A program made the position numbers and the translations under genes. DNA of 64,000 nt from Bugula neritina. Taxonomy: Eukaryota > Animalia > Bryozoa. The DNA lies in the NCBI GenBank assembly GCA_964035545.1, contig OZ037772.1:3439538-3503537 (forward strand), in the 5' to 3' direction. Positions 1 through 14,296 of this stretch are shown here, one piece after another. The notes beneath the pieces were generated by a model that was given only the letters and a program-made list of their open reading frames with translations, was not told the origin of the DNA and did not search any database. Every line of letters begins with the position of its first letter. Position 1 is the first letter of the stretch.

Positions 1-769
1 ATAAAGAAATAGATATAGAGATTGAAGTATCGCTATTTTTGAGGCAGTGCCCTTATCAACTGGGAGGGGATAAGTTTAAAAAGACAAGTTTGCAAGATGA
101 GGTAAAGCTATACGATTATTGCAGTTATAGACTTGAACTGCTTGAACTGACTCGTATTTAAAAATGGCTATAATTGGCTTTAAATTGGTTTACAAATATT
201 AAACTGAAATTAATAATTTTAGGTTGTACTGCACATTCAATTTACTACTTTATTTACGCTTCATTTTGATCATGGCGCTGAAGCTGCAGCAGGGTATATA
301 CTATTTTTTGATCAAATGTAAATAAGTAATCTTTCGAAATTTGTCTAGCTATAGCACCAGAATGTAATCAATAATGAATATTAACATTTCCTAGTGAAAA
401 AATATCTTCAAAGTGTTTTTTAGCCCCAAATGTAAATTAAAATTAATTAATGATCAGTGGTTTTACGTGAATGCTTATATTGAACACTTTTTCTTTCATA
501 GATTGATTCCCTTTCATCTTCAGAAGATGAGGACAGCTGAACCAATGACTTTTTTATATCATTTTATTATTAAATTAGAAGAGTTGAAGGCTTCTAATGA
601 AAAGCTAAATTTAATATTTACTTATATTTTGTACTAGTTAATAGAACATACAATTAGTGCTGACAGTCTTGATTTTATTGTAAATTATATCTCATGAGCG
701 TTTGCAAAAAAAGATACTTTTGCACTGTTTTTGTTCTGTTGTTTTTCATTTTTCTTAACAAAATAAAAT

Positions 770-975
770 AGCCATTACAGAGATCGGTGTAAGATCGCAA
801 ACCTTTCACCAATGTTGTATGAAAACCATTTATGCAACGTTTATATGCAACACAACGTTTATGGAACGTCGGTGAAAGTTTTGCGATAAACGTTTGTTTT
901 AAAAGTTGTATATAGTACAAAAATGTGTCGACATTTAAACGTTTATTAAACAATTTGTAAATTGTTGGTGGAGTG
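770..975 (+). mobile_element. Probable right terminus of a CACTA/EnSpm-like DNA transposon
   Basis: Cluster of AACGTT-type subterminal repeats ending in ...TTGTTGGTGGAGTG (reverse complement begins CACT). Lies downstream of the DUF4806-like last exon. No left end seen. Confidence 0.45.
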
Positions 976-1304
976 ATTGTTAAAGAACTAGGGGGATGTT
1001 TTGATGGCTCTATAACTGAACCTGAAGAATCAGCTAGTGCTATACTAGACTGACTATACAAAGATATCAAGCAAGGCTATGTCAATTATTGTACTCGCGA
1101 TAATTTGCTATATCTCATAACGAGCTGCACAAAACCAAAGCAAGCAAGGGGCACTTTACAAAAACACAGAACCAGAAAGCAAGTCAGGAAACTGACAGTG
1201 CCTTCCTCCTATCAAAAAGGGAGACAACCAACTACTAACCAAAAAAATACTTAAACGGACACTTGATCTAAATTTGTCAAAATAAAAAAATAGTTGTTGT
1301 AAAC

Positions 1305-2101
1305 ATGGCAACTGCACAAGATGGTGCAGAGTTGTCCACCCAATGGTCCTGCTTCAAGGAAGAGTTCAACTATTCTTTAATAGCATCAGAAAAATCTGAT
1401 AAGGAGGATAAAATAAAAATGGCCATTCTAATGCGGACCATTAGACCGAGAGGTGTGGACATATTCAAAAGTTTCAAGTTTGGGGAAGGAGAATATAAAG
1501 ATGTTTACAAGGATGTCCTATATAGGAAAATTTGACAACTTTTGTAAAATGACCTCTAACAAAATAATCAAAAGACATCAACTGCTATCGACAAAACAGG
1601 AATGCTTATCAATAGATGAGTATGTCACCCACTTACATAGGATCGCCAGAAAATGTGACCTTGGTGACATGTATGATGTCTTTTTTATGCAGGCCTTTCT
1701 TCTTGGCATCAATGACACGGACAACTTTGGAGAAAATTGTTCAAGGAGTCAGAAAACATAGACCTCTAAAAAGCTATTAAAAGTGCAAAGTGGCTGAGAG
1801 CTCTCAGAGTGATATGAAGACTATTAAAGCGGAAGGAGAATCAATTCATACACTTGGTCTCAAGGCCACTAAAGCAAACAAAAGTGCCAAACTGTACTTA
1901 CGCACAACTGACAAGGAAGCGAATAATCCTGCCAAGTCTAACTGTGGAAACTGTGGCAACTCTCATCCTCCCGAAAATGCTTACGGCAAACAGTGTAGTA
2001 ACTGCAAGAAATCCAACCACTTCAGAGCAGTCTGCAGATCCAGGAAAATTGGCAGAATAAATGCAGTCACTGAACACATAGCTAAAACATTAAAGCTTTA
2101 A
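1305..2101 (+). pseudogene. Degenerate Ty3/Gypsy gag relic
   Basis: Three frameshifted ORF pieces: W..FKEEF..Y..AS...K.AIL, then SIDEYVT.L...A.KCD.G...LLGIND, then a zinc-knuckle region CGNCG.SH...AYGKQCSNCKKSNHFRAVCRS. No pol follows. Confidence 0.85.
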
Positions 2102-5100
2102 CTGCAACCGTTTTACCTTTTTTAGGTTAAATGCAATAAAAAGAAGTGCAGTGTCAAATATAGCTTCAAGTAAACTTGCATTCATGGCAACTGAAATTCA
2201 TGGACAATAATAGTTCTATACTCAAAGTACGTGCAGATAAGTCATTAATAAGTCTAAAGTTGTGTTTATACCTCTCCTGAACAAAGTACTTATGTTTCAG
2301 TTAATAACACTCTTCAGAGTGCACCCTTATATAGTCTTACTGAAACTCGGTGACATTTCAACTTGAATTTAAATGCTGACTAAAAATTTGGAAGGTATAA
2401 ATACAACTTAGCAAATATTACCTAAAAACCCCATCTAATAAAATAGTTGTGAAGTTTTAGCTACATGTAACATTTTAATAGACAAAATTACAATCACCCA
2501 CCCTAGTGCTTACAAACTACAAAACCTGGTTTGATAACCGGGAATTTTAAATAACAATTCATTTCATCAAGATTAGAATTAAAGTAATTTTTTTATGGCA
2601 TTCTCACCAAATAAAGATTTGCTGTCATTGTCCAACTTTGCTTTTTTAATCAAATTATTAAAAGCACTTTGAACTATAGAAGCTGAGTCTACAAAAGAAG
2701 GAAGATGCATGTAAATACAATTTTATATCTGAGTGTTAGTCCGTGCATTCAATCCAAAAATGTTAATAAGAAAAACTGAAGGCTACTGAGTGTGTGTTAC
2801 AAAAATGTTATATAAAGCCTGAGATCATGCTTTAAAACACTTTAAATATTACATAATATATATTAAATCAAATAAGTATACTTTTAATATTGCATAATAC
2901 ATATTAAATCAAATAAGTACAAGATCAAAATATATATAGATACTATAATTTATTATATGTATAAATATACAGGAAGTGCTAGCATAATGTAGCTAATATT
3001 TTATATTATGATAAGCCATAAGTGATCATTATAATTTTAAACAATGTATATGTTTGCAGTCTAAATACAATAAATAGATAGCTGTTGTCCATATTTTCAA
3101 TGCAAGCTGATTAAAAATTGCCAGTGCAGAGTGTGACAGCCAATACTGGTTGCTGTATCAGCTGATAATTGTTGCTGCGTCAGCACGGGTGCTGTTTGGC
3201 ACGGATGCCTATGTATTATGATTCACCTAACAAAGGGTGAATGGATGGAGGACACAGATGCAGGCCCCAACTCTATTTGTTGTTTATTGCCAACAGTATA
3301 TTTTCTAAGTTAGACTTAGACTCGAACTCATACTGATACTCATACTGTAACCTATAACCATGAGAATTACAAACATCATGTTAACTCAACATTAATTACA
3401 CAGCTGACAAAACATTTAGTTAATGGAGTTCAAAACAAAAGATAATATAATACTTGATACTTACAATTAAGTATAGATTGCCTGCATCTTTAGCAGGAGG
3501 AAAATTGAGCTGCACTGACTCATTGAATAAAAATAGGCAGCAAATAGCTATCGCGAAAGCTTTCACAAATAGCTTTCATTTCACAATGGTTTTTGGAAAG
3601 CTGCCAAAACTCCTGCAACACGAGATCTATATGGCCTTCAAAGCTGTTAAAATATATTTTATAAAGTTTCAATCACCATTAAAACAAAGTTTGAGTATAG
3701 TAGGCAAAAGAAGTTAGTTATATAGTGTTTAAAAGTACTATGGTTTCCCAGCAAGCTTTACCTTGCTGAAATGTAACTTTCCAGTGTCGGGATAGCAGGT
3801 TTGACAAAATTTCTTATTTATATACTGCTATAATAGTAACAAAAAAATTATCTGTTCCTGCAATTACTTCTACTAAGGTCTAGAGGGAGACTGCATCCCT
3901 ATAATTATGCAAAAGATAATAGACCCTTTGTAGTTCTGGGCCAAGTTTCTTTTTATCTTCATAATAATCAGGAAGCTTAAGTAAGCTTAAAACTTTTTAA
4001 TTAACCAAAAATGGCTGTCAAGAGTTGTACTTTAGTTTGAACCTCATAAAGAAATCCTGGAATTAGCCTATTTGGCAGCAACTTCAAAAGCACTGTCATA
4101 ATTATAAATTCGTTTGAAGAAGTTTATCCTCAAATACTGTACAATAAAAAAAATCTTTAAGCTAGCTGTTCTATTTTTCTTGGTTTTGTGCTATCTCAGT
4201 ACATGCAGAGTTTATAGTCTCTATGAGAGAGCTTTTTCAACTGACTGAGCATATAATTGCTAAAAATTTTGTCCGCTGTCATGAACTTTTATAATAGTAT
4301 AGGAGATGTTAAGAAATGCTTGCAGCTTACTTTTGCTACTAAATATTAGACCCTGTAGCATACAATACACCAAGTTTCATTCACAATAAACCTAATGGGA
4401 ATCAAGAGATAATAACTTATTAACACATGTTATTGAAAACTATCTATGCATGTCTTACTCTTTTTTTGTGTAGGTAGTCAAATTATATGACTAGCATGGA
4501 GTTTAGATTTTGATATTCACCCATTGCGTGAACAATATTTTTTCTAACTGAATTATATTACTTGTAGAATTTTCAAAACAGGGAAGCCAATTTAGCAACT
4601 AATTTTAAAGTTTGTAAAAGGCATGTAGCACCAGTGCTACACTGGTCGTCTGTCTCTAAGAGTAACAATTCATTTTAATTCCAATTGGCAACTCCCCTCC
4701 GTATAAACTCCAAACAATATATTCTACTTGAACTGCTATATTTAAAAACATTAGAAAATAAAAATCATACTTTTTATAAATAATATGTATAGTAACTTTC
4801 ATAAAATAAGCAAGCACTTTGCTGGGAATATTTTGTTGCATGCAATTAATAGAAACTGGGGGAACTCTGAGTATGTCTCGTGTAAACACAGTGGGAGCAA
4901 ATACACCAGCTAACTGTAGAATGGCTAAACATTTGCAGCTGTAATACCTCTAAACAACTCAACTAAAAAGTAGACATGAATGTGGACATTGTAGCTATTT
5001 GGTAATTAGTATAATAGCTAAGCTGTGAATTTGCTCTTATCCTTACTAAGTGACAGGCAAAGTAAGAATTTGAAAGTAAGAATTTAAAGAATAAAATCTT

Positions 5101-8100
5101 TTATTAACCTCATATCCCAATACATTAGGCCAGGAACTACGACAAATTAAAACAAATGATGGCTGTCTTTAATTTTCCTATAACATTTTTGCAGCTACTT
5201 ACATTTTTCTTTCATATATTGAAGAAGACACAATCATTTAGTTTAGAATTAGCAAAGGCTAGCAACTGTAAGACATGTAGTAATAATCAAGTAGCTAACC
5301 TATTACATAGGAAACTTAACAAATAAAATTTTCTGCCTCAGCAAGAGATGTTTAAGTTTTTTACCACCATGTCTCATTAAATGCTTGAATATTTTATGTG
5401 TATAAACACTTAAAGTAAGTTTGTGATTTGAAATTACTGTCAAAAGGTTAGATTCAAGTAATTGACTATTGCCTTTCTTGGCCTGAGTCAAGGCTAAGTA
5501 ACTTAATTAACTATTAAAAGTTTGTGGAGAACTCGAACAGCTGACAAATTAAGTAATTTTAGAGGTAATGGTTTTCATTATAGAGTTAATAACAGGTTCC
5601 AACCTGATAGAGATACACAGAGGGCTACATAAGGGCAATGACAACTACAATAAGTATAACATAGGACATGAAGTTTGAAGTAATTCTGATGGCAATTCCC
5701 TAAGAATCAACATTATACCTAACAAATGTAAACTTTAAACACATCTCTTTAACTTGCTGAAACTGCATACCAGCAAGAAATCTTTTAATGAAGATAAATT
5801 GCATTTTGTAAAACTGTTCACTGTTACCGTGCAGCTGTGACTAAATAAGGAAACATAAAGCAAGCCATTTTTTGTAAAACTAATCATCGATAAAGTACAG
5901 AATAAGTCATGAAAAGTTGTATAATTTTGTATTTTATACCGAAAAAAGTTTTCTTTAGTTAAATTATTATTTTAGTTGTTGAAAGAACAACTGTTATATT
6001 GACTCTAATAGTTTCACTTGAAGCTTTCCTGCAGTGTAGCAGTGCTTTTTCTATCCATTCAGTCAGTTACTTAATTGTTACTTAAAGTCAGTCAACAACT
6101 AAAGTTACTAATCTGTAGGCTGTTCTATTTACTCTAGGGCCTAGGCTTTAAAAATAAAGAACTTCATTCTTTACCATCTAACACTTGTAACCTATTGATA
6201 GTCCAGGGTGCTTTGCTTGCCATACTCTGACTTACAGACAGAGGATTAAAATAGCTTTTTATTACTGGGTACCTGTTATATTTTGCTCTTACAAGTTAAA
6301 TAAGTTTTAACATATGCTAAAAGTATAAAAAGTATAAAAACATTTTTAATGGTAGCACCGTACATTGTTGTCCAGTTCGTATCTCTACCCTAATATTTTG
6401 CGTTATTAATTTTTTCTATCAATTTGTGAAAATAGCTACTGAAAGAGCTTTTTATGAAACTTAAAACAAATTGAAACATTTACCCCATACACACTGGATT
6501 GCTCTGTATCACCGTAGGCTAGCGGCAAAGCTAGCCAAAATTGCTTATTCTGAAGTCTAGCTTTTGTGAAAATTGGCAAGCTTTAGTTAATAACCTGTAA
6601 TTATATGGCCAAGTTGTTTAATTAAGATTTAAAGTAGCATTGCGTTACACACAATAGTTTCGGAAAACAATTGAAAGAAAAGTTCAATAATATATTACTA
6701 AAATAGCAGGAAAATCTTGCTGATGTTTATAAAGCATGCATTAAACGGTCTGTATTTCAATGGAAGATGTCTTACACATTGTAGAAGAAAAGTTGTCTAC
6801 TTGCCTTAGTTTACAAGGCTATAGCATAACGATAGTAGTAGACTGTTACTCAAACAAGAAAATTAGGAAGAAATTTGGTGCTTGTCATAAATATTATGTT
6901 AATTTGTCTCTCTAGCATTAGGACAAAAAGAGAGATAAACCAGTTGCCTAAATTGTGCATAAACTGCTATACTAGCTTACAAATTGTTGAGTGCCAATAT
7001 TTAAATTATCAATATATTTATGCTAGGTAAGGCCAGTAAGAAAATTTAGTTTACCAGTAGTAACTTATATATTTTGACTGCTAGAAAGTTCAACTGCATT
7101 AACAAATAAGCCTCCTTATGCTGTGTAAGATTAAATAAAAAGTACATAAAAGCAGTAACAAAGACGAGTTCTGAAACGTCTGCTCTTGCAAACAAAATGC
7201 CCAATTGCTAAGTGTTGGGAGCAGTTTCGAAGAAGCTTGTATATTATACCACTAATTATTAACATTCAATCTATAAGTTACTGCTGAAAATTGAAAAAAA
7301 ATCCAAGGCACATTCAGAAGCTTGCTAATATATTTCTTTTAAAGCTATTGCAATTAAAGAGTAATTTGTAGTGTAACGGCTGGATTTCTAGCCCACAAAA
7401 AGTTTCAATAGCTTATAAAAGGGGAGGCAACAGATGTGCCTCACCTGCCTGCCACAGACCTGTGTCACTTGCAGTAAATGGTAAATAATATTATAATGAG
7501 TGTTAATGAGAGATGAGCTCCATTACATAATATGAATGTTATTAATTACATTTAATTAGGTTCTCACAAGGGATAAATAGAAGTTATAAAATCTTACTCC
7601 TGGGGTCCAACTATGTGAGGCAATTCTAACATTGGCGAATCTCCTTTGTTCTCAGCAGTAATTACTAATAGATACAATACTGCATTGAATTATACTGAAC
7701 TTGTTTAATTAAATACTTGGTATGGTAGAACAAGTATGAATTTTGTTTTAAGATTTAAACTTTGAAATATAAAAGATATGCAACTCTAAAACCGATTACA
7801 TTTCTAGATGTGTAATATATGTTCTACAATTATAGTTTTATACATATGTAACAAATTACATTCAATTACTTGAAAAAAATTAATTGATCACAACTAATTA
7901 CAAATTACAATTTCTCAAACCATGGTGGTAATGGTTAATAACTGGCAGACTCAAATATCCTGTGTGCAGAAGTTTTTAGGGTTAGGTATTGATAATATTT
8001 AAAAATATTTTTAATTTGTTTTTTCATATTTCTAATTTTGTCCCCAAAATTTGAGGGCTGAGAGTATGAAAGCTGTTGAAGGTGAATGGAATATTCTTAG

Positions 8101-8489
8101 CCTTTTGAACTGAGTTATCCTGCATGTACTGCACAATTTGTTAGATAATTTCCCAGAGTACACAGGTATGTAAATGTTGTATACAAGGGCTTTAGATGTC
8201 TTGAGTATTGGTTTGTCTATTAGTTATTTTCGAGTTTACGAAAGAAGATTCTAGTAAGTTAACTGCTTGGTGACTTCCTCTCTAAGAATCAATAAGAATA
8301 TTTTGGTCATGAATCATTCATTTAATATCTCAGTTTTTTTTATATGTTAGAAATAAAGATTAAATTGGCTCGCTATAGTTAACATGGTAGTTTATTTAGT
8401 GGTAAATGAGCATCAGACTCTACTTATGAACCAGAATTGGTCACAAGTCTTGAGAAGGTGAAGTGAAAACCTCATATATACTACTAGCT

Positions 8490-9268
8490 GTAGTAGGACA
8501 AAACTACTGCTACTGTTGCAGGCACACTCAGCTCTCATGTGCCTCACAGACGTCTCAAACATAAGACAGTGAACAAGGGTATGATGCTGACGGAGACAAC
8601 TCTCGAGTCTATCCATCTATTCCTCACTACCTCTCACACGCTGCTCAGCACAAGGTCACACAGGTGTGAGCCATCACTTCCAGTGCCAACTTAACATATC
8701 CATTTCATTCCTCAGCCAATCAGATCAGCTCAAGTGATGCACCAATAATATATCACACTGTTGACTTGAGAAAGCAGGTGCTACAGCAGGAGCCCTGCAC
8801 CATCACTGGGCAATCTGACATGAGCTCACGGGTTTCCTCTTGCACTGCTATGTGTAAAGTAACAGTCTTCTTTTATACAATATTAAGCTAATAGTTTAGC
8901 ATATAACTTGTCTCTATGGTTTTATATTATAGTTTATAAGACCATGCCTCTCATGTATGTTTCCAACATGGAGATAATTTGGCATGTAATAATATGCTCC
9001 TGGCTTTTTTGGCATCACCAGGAATGCTGACAGGCTTTGATATATTATATTATTAATCCATTTATTGCAAGACATAATAACCTGTACACCTTTTGTTTTG
9101 AGTATATTATTACAAGAACAAGTTGTGTTTTTGATTGCATTTTATTTGACTTATTTGTAAATTCAACAATAAATACCAATTGGTGCCATGTTAATGATGT
9201 TGAGCTTCCTTGTAAGTCTTTTTGTCTGTAAAGGAAAAGAATTATAATGATATATATATATATATATA

Positions 9269-9349
<81 letters not shown>

Positions 9350-9375
9350 CTGCTGTCCACAGATTGAGATATATA

Positions 9376-9448
<73 letters not shown>

Positions 9449-9472
9449 CTGCTGTCCACAGATTGAGATATA

Positions 9473-9530
<58 letters not shown>

Positions 9531-12500
9531 CTATAAACATGCACGTACATAAAGAAAATAACATTCATGCGACTAGTAGTAAATACTGTTTAGTATAAGC
9601 TTCTACTAATTTCACTGTGGCATGTAGCTGCATTATAATAAATAGCGAGTCATTATACACTACTAAATGAATTGGTGGAGATCACAAAGCACTTTATAGT
9701 CGTTTATGCAGAATTTTTCTTTCAGTCCAATATATGAAAGTTATAAAAATTATTTTAGAGAGAACACACACTAACCGAAAGCCAATTTGTTTTCAATAAA
9801 GTATATCATAGACCTGCATACTTTGTGCAGGAAAGAAGAGAGAGCCACAAAGGAAGAGCCACGCCTATCATGTCGAATGAAAACAGACCTGTCATACTAA
9901 GTAGCTACAGACCTGCTATACCAGATAGAAACAAACCTGCCATATTGCACAAAACTGAACCTGCAGTACTGAGCAAAGAGCAACCAATCAAATATTCCAA
10001 GCAAAGAGGAAACAATTCAGCATTGTGGAAAAACCTCTCCAGGCAGGATCAGCAAACTCCGACAGCTGGTCAAAGTTTTAGTTACAGAAAAGGAAGAATT
10101 GCCGAGTATAGTGATGATTCAGTGAGGAAAACCACATGCTTACCTTGTTCTGGTAACCACTACACAACTGTGAAGAGAAAAGGGCTGGAGAGCTGCACAA
10201 CTTTGAGAGATTTCTCATACAGACAGCTGTTCTATAAGAAGTGTTACACAAGAGTTGTGACTATTGACTATTATATACAGGGTTGTAAGGATGGGGACAC
10301 AGTTTTAGGATTTATTATTTTAGGAATCCAATACTTTAGTTATGTTATGATAGCATTAACTTAGCAGAAGCTTTGTTGGAATTTGATATAATGCTTAATT
10401 ACTACTCAAAGCAGAATAGCTTAGTATTTTTTTTAAAAAGAACATAATATTATATCAGTATTTTCTCATAATTAATGTTTATTATACACACCAATCATGA
10501 AAGTCAATTCATTATATGGTATACAAAATTATATCTGTAAATAAACATGTGCATGCTGCAGCTGAAGAATAAAAATAAAATGAGAAGGAAACAAAACGTA
10601 TTCAACTGGATGAGTCATCAGATGACATTGCTGTATAAAATGACGAATTAGGAAAGAGAAAGCCTGTCGAAACAAAGCAACACTGAGCTACAATGTGGCT
10701 AACAAATACTAGGTCAGCAGAAATAATATCAAAATCAGTAAATAAAATAACAAGAAGTGTAAAATGTCAATATAAAAAGTAACAGTTTAATATTGATAAA
10801 GCTTTTCATTTTCACACAAACATCTTTACAAGGCATTATTGTATATATAACTATTTGTATTAGAAGAGAGAAACAATATAATTTAGTATGCTCACACGGA
10901 ACTATAGAAGGAAATGTCAGCTAGAAGAGGAAGGAAATGGAGGTCAAGGCCAGCACGCAATGTCAAGGTCAACTGGAAAAAAGTAGTTTTAGGTCACGAC
11001 TTGTCATTCTCAATTTGATCAAAAATGAACAGATATTATTAAAAAGAATTTCCACAGATTTTAAAGCTGCTATTCCAGGACAACTATAGCATATTATAAT
11101 TACATTATCACCTCACTATATAATAATCATATTACATAATGTATTATACTGTTTATATGCCACATTATCATTATATTTAATGGTAACCATACTATATTAT
11201 AAATATGGTATATTATTATATTATACTATCAGTGTACATGACTTGCACCAAGTAGATGCTAAACGTTACCTTTTCTGTGTTGGCAACTTGGGGCAGAACT
11301 CTTTTGGGTGGAAGGTCTGAAATAGATGGGGAAGAGATGATTCACCGCCCCTAGCAGAGGCGTGATGTCAAGAGAAGAACCCGAGGCTATGTTACGACAA
11401 CTTCTTCTCATGGTGTTGGCGGCTTTGAGAAAGATAGCTCTGTCGCACTCCTTGCCTGAAGACAGGAAACGGTCATTGTACTTCTATAAAGGAAACGTAC
11501 ATGAACTGTATCAGAAAGCAATACAAAGAGAATTAACAGTCAGAGTATGAAGCTGGTACTCACCAGTTTGAAAGTGTTCCCAATACCATCTCTATAACTG
11601 GTTAGAAAGGATTGCACTTGGTTGAAGACTCTGTTAACAGCACCACAAATATCCTTTTTGCATAGCAGTTGCCGGCACCTGCACAACATGAAATAACTAC
11701 CACCTGCTATCCGTTGACATATGTGAGACCAGTTGCTAGTGACATCAAATGACAGGTACTTGGTTAGCAAATTTATACAAAGATGAGAGTTCTACTGTCA
11801 CTTGATCAAAGGTTGCGACACTCTTCGCCTAGTGTGACTCATAAATTATATATGACTTAGGCTAGCAGGTGAGCATGAGCTCATTTTATAAGCTATGTAC
11901 CTCAAAACTATGCAAGCATCCTACCATAAAGAGACACCACTACACCGCACCATTGGTATGAGAGTCTTCATAAGAACTAAAGCTACACTCAAGCCCCACA
12001 AACATGATAGAATATATCACATACACTTACTATTGTACATATAGTCTATAGATGAGAAGGTTGCAGTCAGCTTCTCTGTAGATGTATGGATACATTGAGC
12101 AAGGGCACCTTGGGCACATGCCATGGGCACATCTGTTGACAGCTGTCAAGTACATGGCAGTACATATTGATGCACTGCCTTATCTATGTTACCCAGCAGT
12201 GCCTGCAAACAAATATGGATATATTACTTAGGAAATGAGCAGAATTCTTTTTATTTCAGAGATTTTTACATATATTCTTACATTAACAAAGGCATAAATT
12301 TTGAACATCTACATAAAATATTGGAGATATGTTAACTTTTTCTGCAAAATCTGTAAGTTGAACACCAAAAAAAAGTTTCGGCCCAACATAAAATGTCAAC
12401 CATTGGACAATCACCTGCATGAATTGAATGATGAGCCTGGATATCTTATTGCTGAGCTGTGACATCCTCTGCACAGTGTCTGCAAGGTGCTCGAGTCAAT

Positions 12501-13310
12501 ATCATCACACATACTGGAGCACAGCTGGCACTGTTCCAACAACACCTCCGATGAGGTCACCAGTTGCAGACAACACGCCCCTGTAGCTTCTTGACACTGG
12601 GAATCTTCTGGCTCTATAAGTTTGTATCATGAGGGTGTATTTAATACGATGTAATGTGATTATATGGAGTTGTCACCACAATACAAAATAGTGATAGTTT
12701 TGAGCAACATATCTTATATTATTATATGAACTTATTGAGAAATAGCATCCTGGGAACATAGGCTTTACATTACTACATTACAATACATACACATGTATAA
12801 CAGAAGTTGATTAAAATATTTGTATATTCCTATCCTAAAGATTTAAATATTTTTCAAGTCAGTTGGGTTTTACCTTTTATATGTACACTGTTCAGTGGAA
12901 TGCTTCTTTTAAACAAACAAAGTGTTATTTAAACTCATTAATTTTAGTTGCCAAGGGAGATAAAGTTGCAGATAGTTTCTTTCCTTTCAGATAAGATGTG
13001 TTACATCTGCACATGAATATGTTCAATTGATGATATCAATTAAAATACAAAAACCTTGCAACATAAAATAACACACAACACCTGCAAAATACTGCTTACA
13101 ATCGAATTTGCAGCTCAAACTGTAATATTGAGTCTACCCTGTGGTACTGTAGTGTAATGGTAGCACGCCAGCGGGTGGAAAAGTTTTTAATCAAGTTTTG
13201 GGTTTGAAAAGAAATTAGGACTCACCTGCTTACACTGCCTTGTAGCGGAGATTCTACACAACTCACACTGTTGAAGTTAAACACCTTCCTGCTCCCTGCA
13301 TTGGTTGCTA
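8490..13310 (-). pseudogene. Unidentified multi-exon gene relic
   Basis: GC-richer exon-like blocks, several with GT/AG borders (~8490-8850, 11270-11460, 11562-11830, 12030-12205, 12414-12620, 13226-13310), containing stops and frameshifts. Confidence 0.5.
9250..9529. repeat. (TA)n microsatellite interrupted by two ACAGCTGCTGTCCACAGATTGAGA units
   Basis: Seen directly. The units at 9346-9369 and 9445-9468 match the 3' half of the hammerhead at 24.56 kb. Confidence 0.95.
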
Positions 13311-13352
13311 TAAACAGTACAGAGTTACACATATGAGATAAAAGTGAACTAC

Positions 13353-13484
13353 CAGAGAGAGAGAGAGGGAGAGAGAGGGAAGGAGAGGGGGAGGGGGGAG
13401 GGGGAGGGGGGAGGGGGAGGGGAGGGGGAGAGATGGAGAGAGAGGGGGAGAGGGGAAGGGGGGAGGGGGAGAGAGGGGGAGAAA
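13353..13484. repeat. Polypurine (GA)n/(GGGGGA)n tract with G-quadruplex or triplex potential
   Basis: ~130 bp almost entirely G and A. Confidence 0.9.
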
Positions 13485-14296
13485 GGTTCTGATAACCTCT
13501 AAATTTGTGATAGCTGTCATTATATTATCATACTTGCAAAAACATAATATTCAATAGTATCATGATTATATTAGCTAAGAATGTACCTGTGGTATTGTTT
13601 GGAGTTTAGAGCTTTGACATCAAAGAGGCTTTACTAATTTATATTTGTTTGATCAATGAATCATAGCACTTACTATCATGCAGTCCAAATTTCTGTTCTG
13701 CATGCATCTTCAAATGAGATTTAAATGTTCAATTAGAATTACTTATTTAATGTTTTGTTTATTTTTAGTTAGAAATGTTGAAAATATTGAAGAGGTACCA
13801 GTTCAACAAGCCATGGAAGGTTTGTGTTGACACTTTGAAAATGTTTTATGGTTACAATTGGCATAACATACAATTACTTTAATGTGATGATGATTGTATT
13901 AAATTATCAGTATGACAAGACACTTTTATCTATGATATTTTTCCTGTTTTAAAGTACAAGAAATAGATGAAAATAACAGCTCCAGCGCCGGACCAGCTGA
14001 TCCTATTGAAGCACTCAAGAAAGACATATAGAAGGTGCTTAGTAATGTACTATAATCAAATTTCTGTATATATACAAGTTTTCAGCCAAGGAGTTGCAAT
14101 CACATGTTCTCCTGTAGTTTTCAAAACAAAAGGATGCTTTTGTTGAGCAGAGTCTTGAGCTTGGTGACTTGACGAAATTGCTTTGGTCTTAGATAAGTCA
14201 CAAAAGCATTTATTTGTAGTTAATCTAAATACTAATATAAGACAGTTATAAACTAGATCTTAGTTTTAGGTCATATATAGTATGAAATTTTACAGA

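Larger units (their letters stand above)
1..13353. repeat. Segmental/tandem duplication, copy 1 (starts before the window)
   Basis: Colinear with 15061-27604: 1 = 15061 ATAAAGAAATAGA..., 1305 = 15738, 9825 = ~23428. Paired ORFs appear in the ORF track. Several copy-specific indels. Confidence 0.95.

Noticed and set aside
9340-9475. CRISPR-like repeat-spacer pattern
   Set aside because: Spacers are pure TA, the context is eukaryotic, and there are no cas genes.
9163-9564. YI-repeat ORFs (also 22941-23181)
   Set aside because: Translations of (TA)n microsatellites.
9825-10364. 179-aa ORF with short RPA(I/V)L repeats
   Set aside because: Frameshifted in the duplicate copy and has no recognisable domain.
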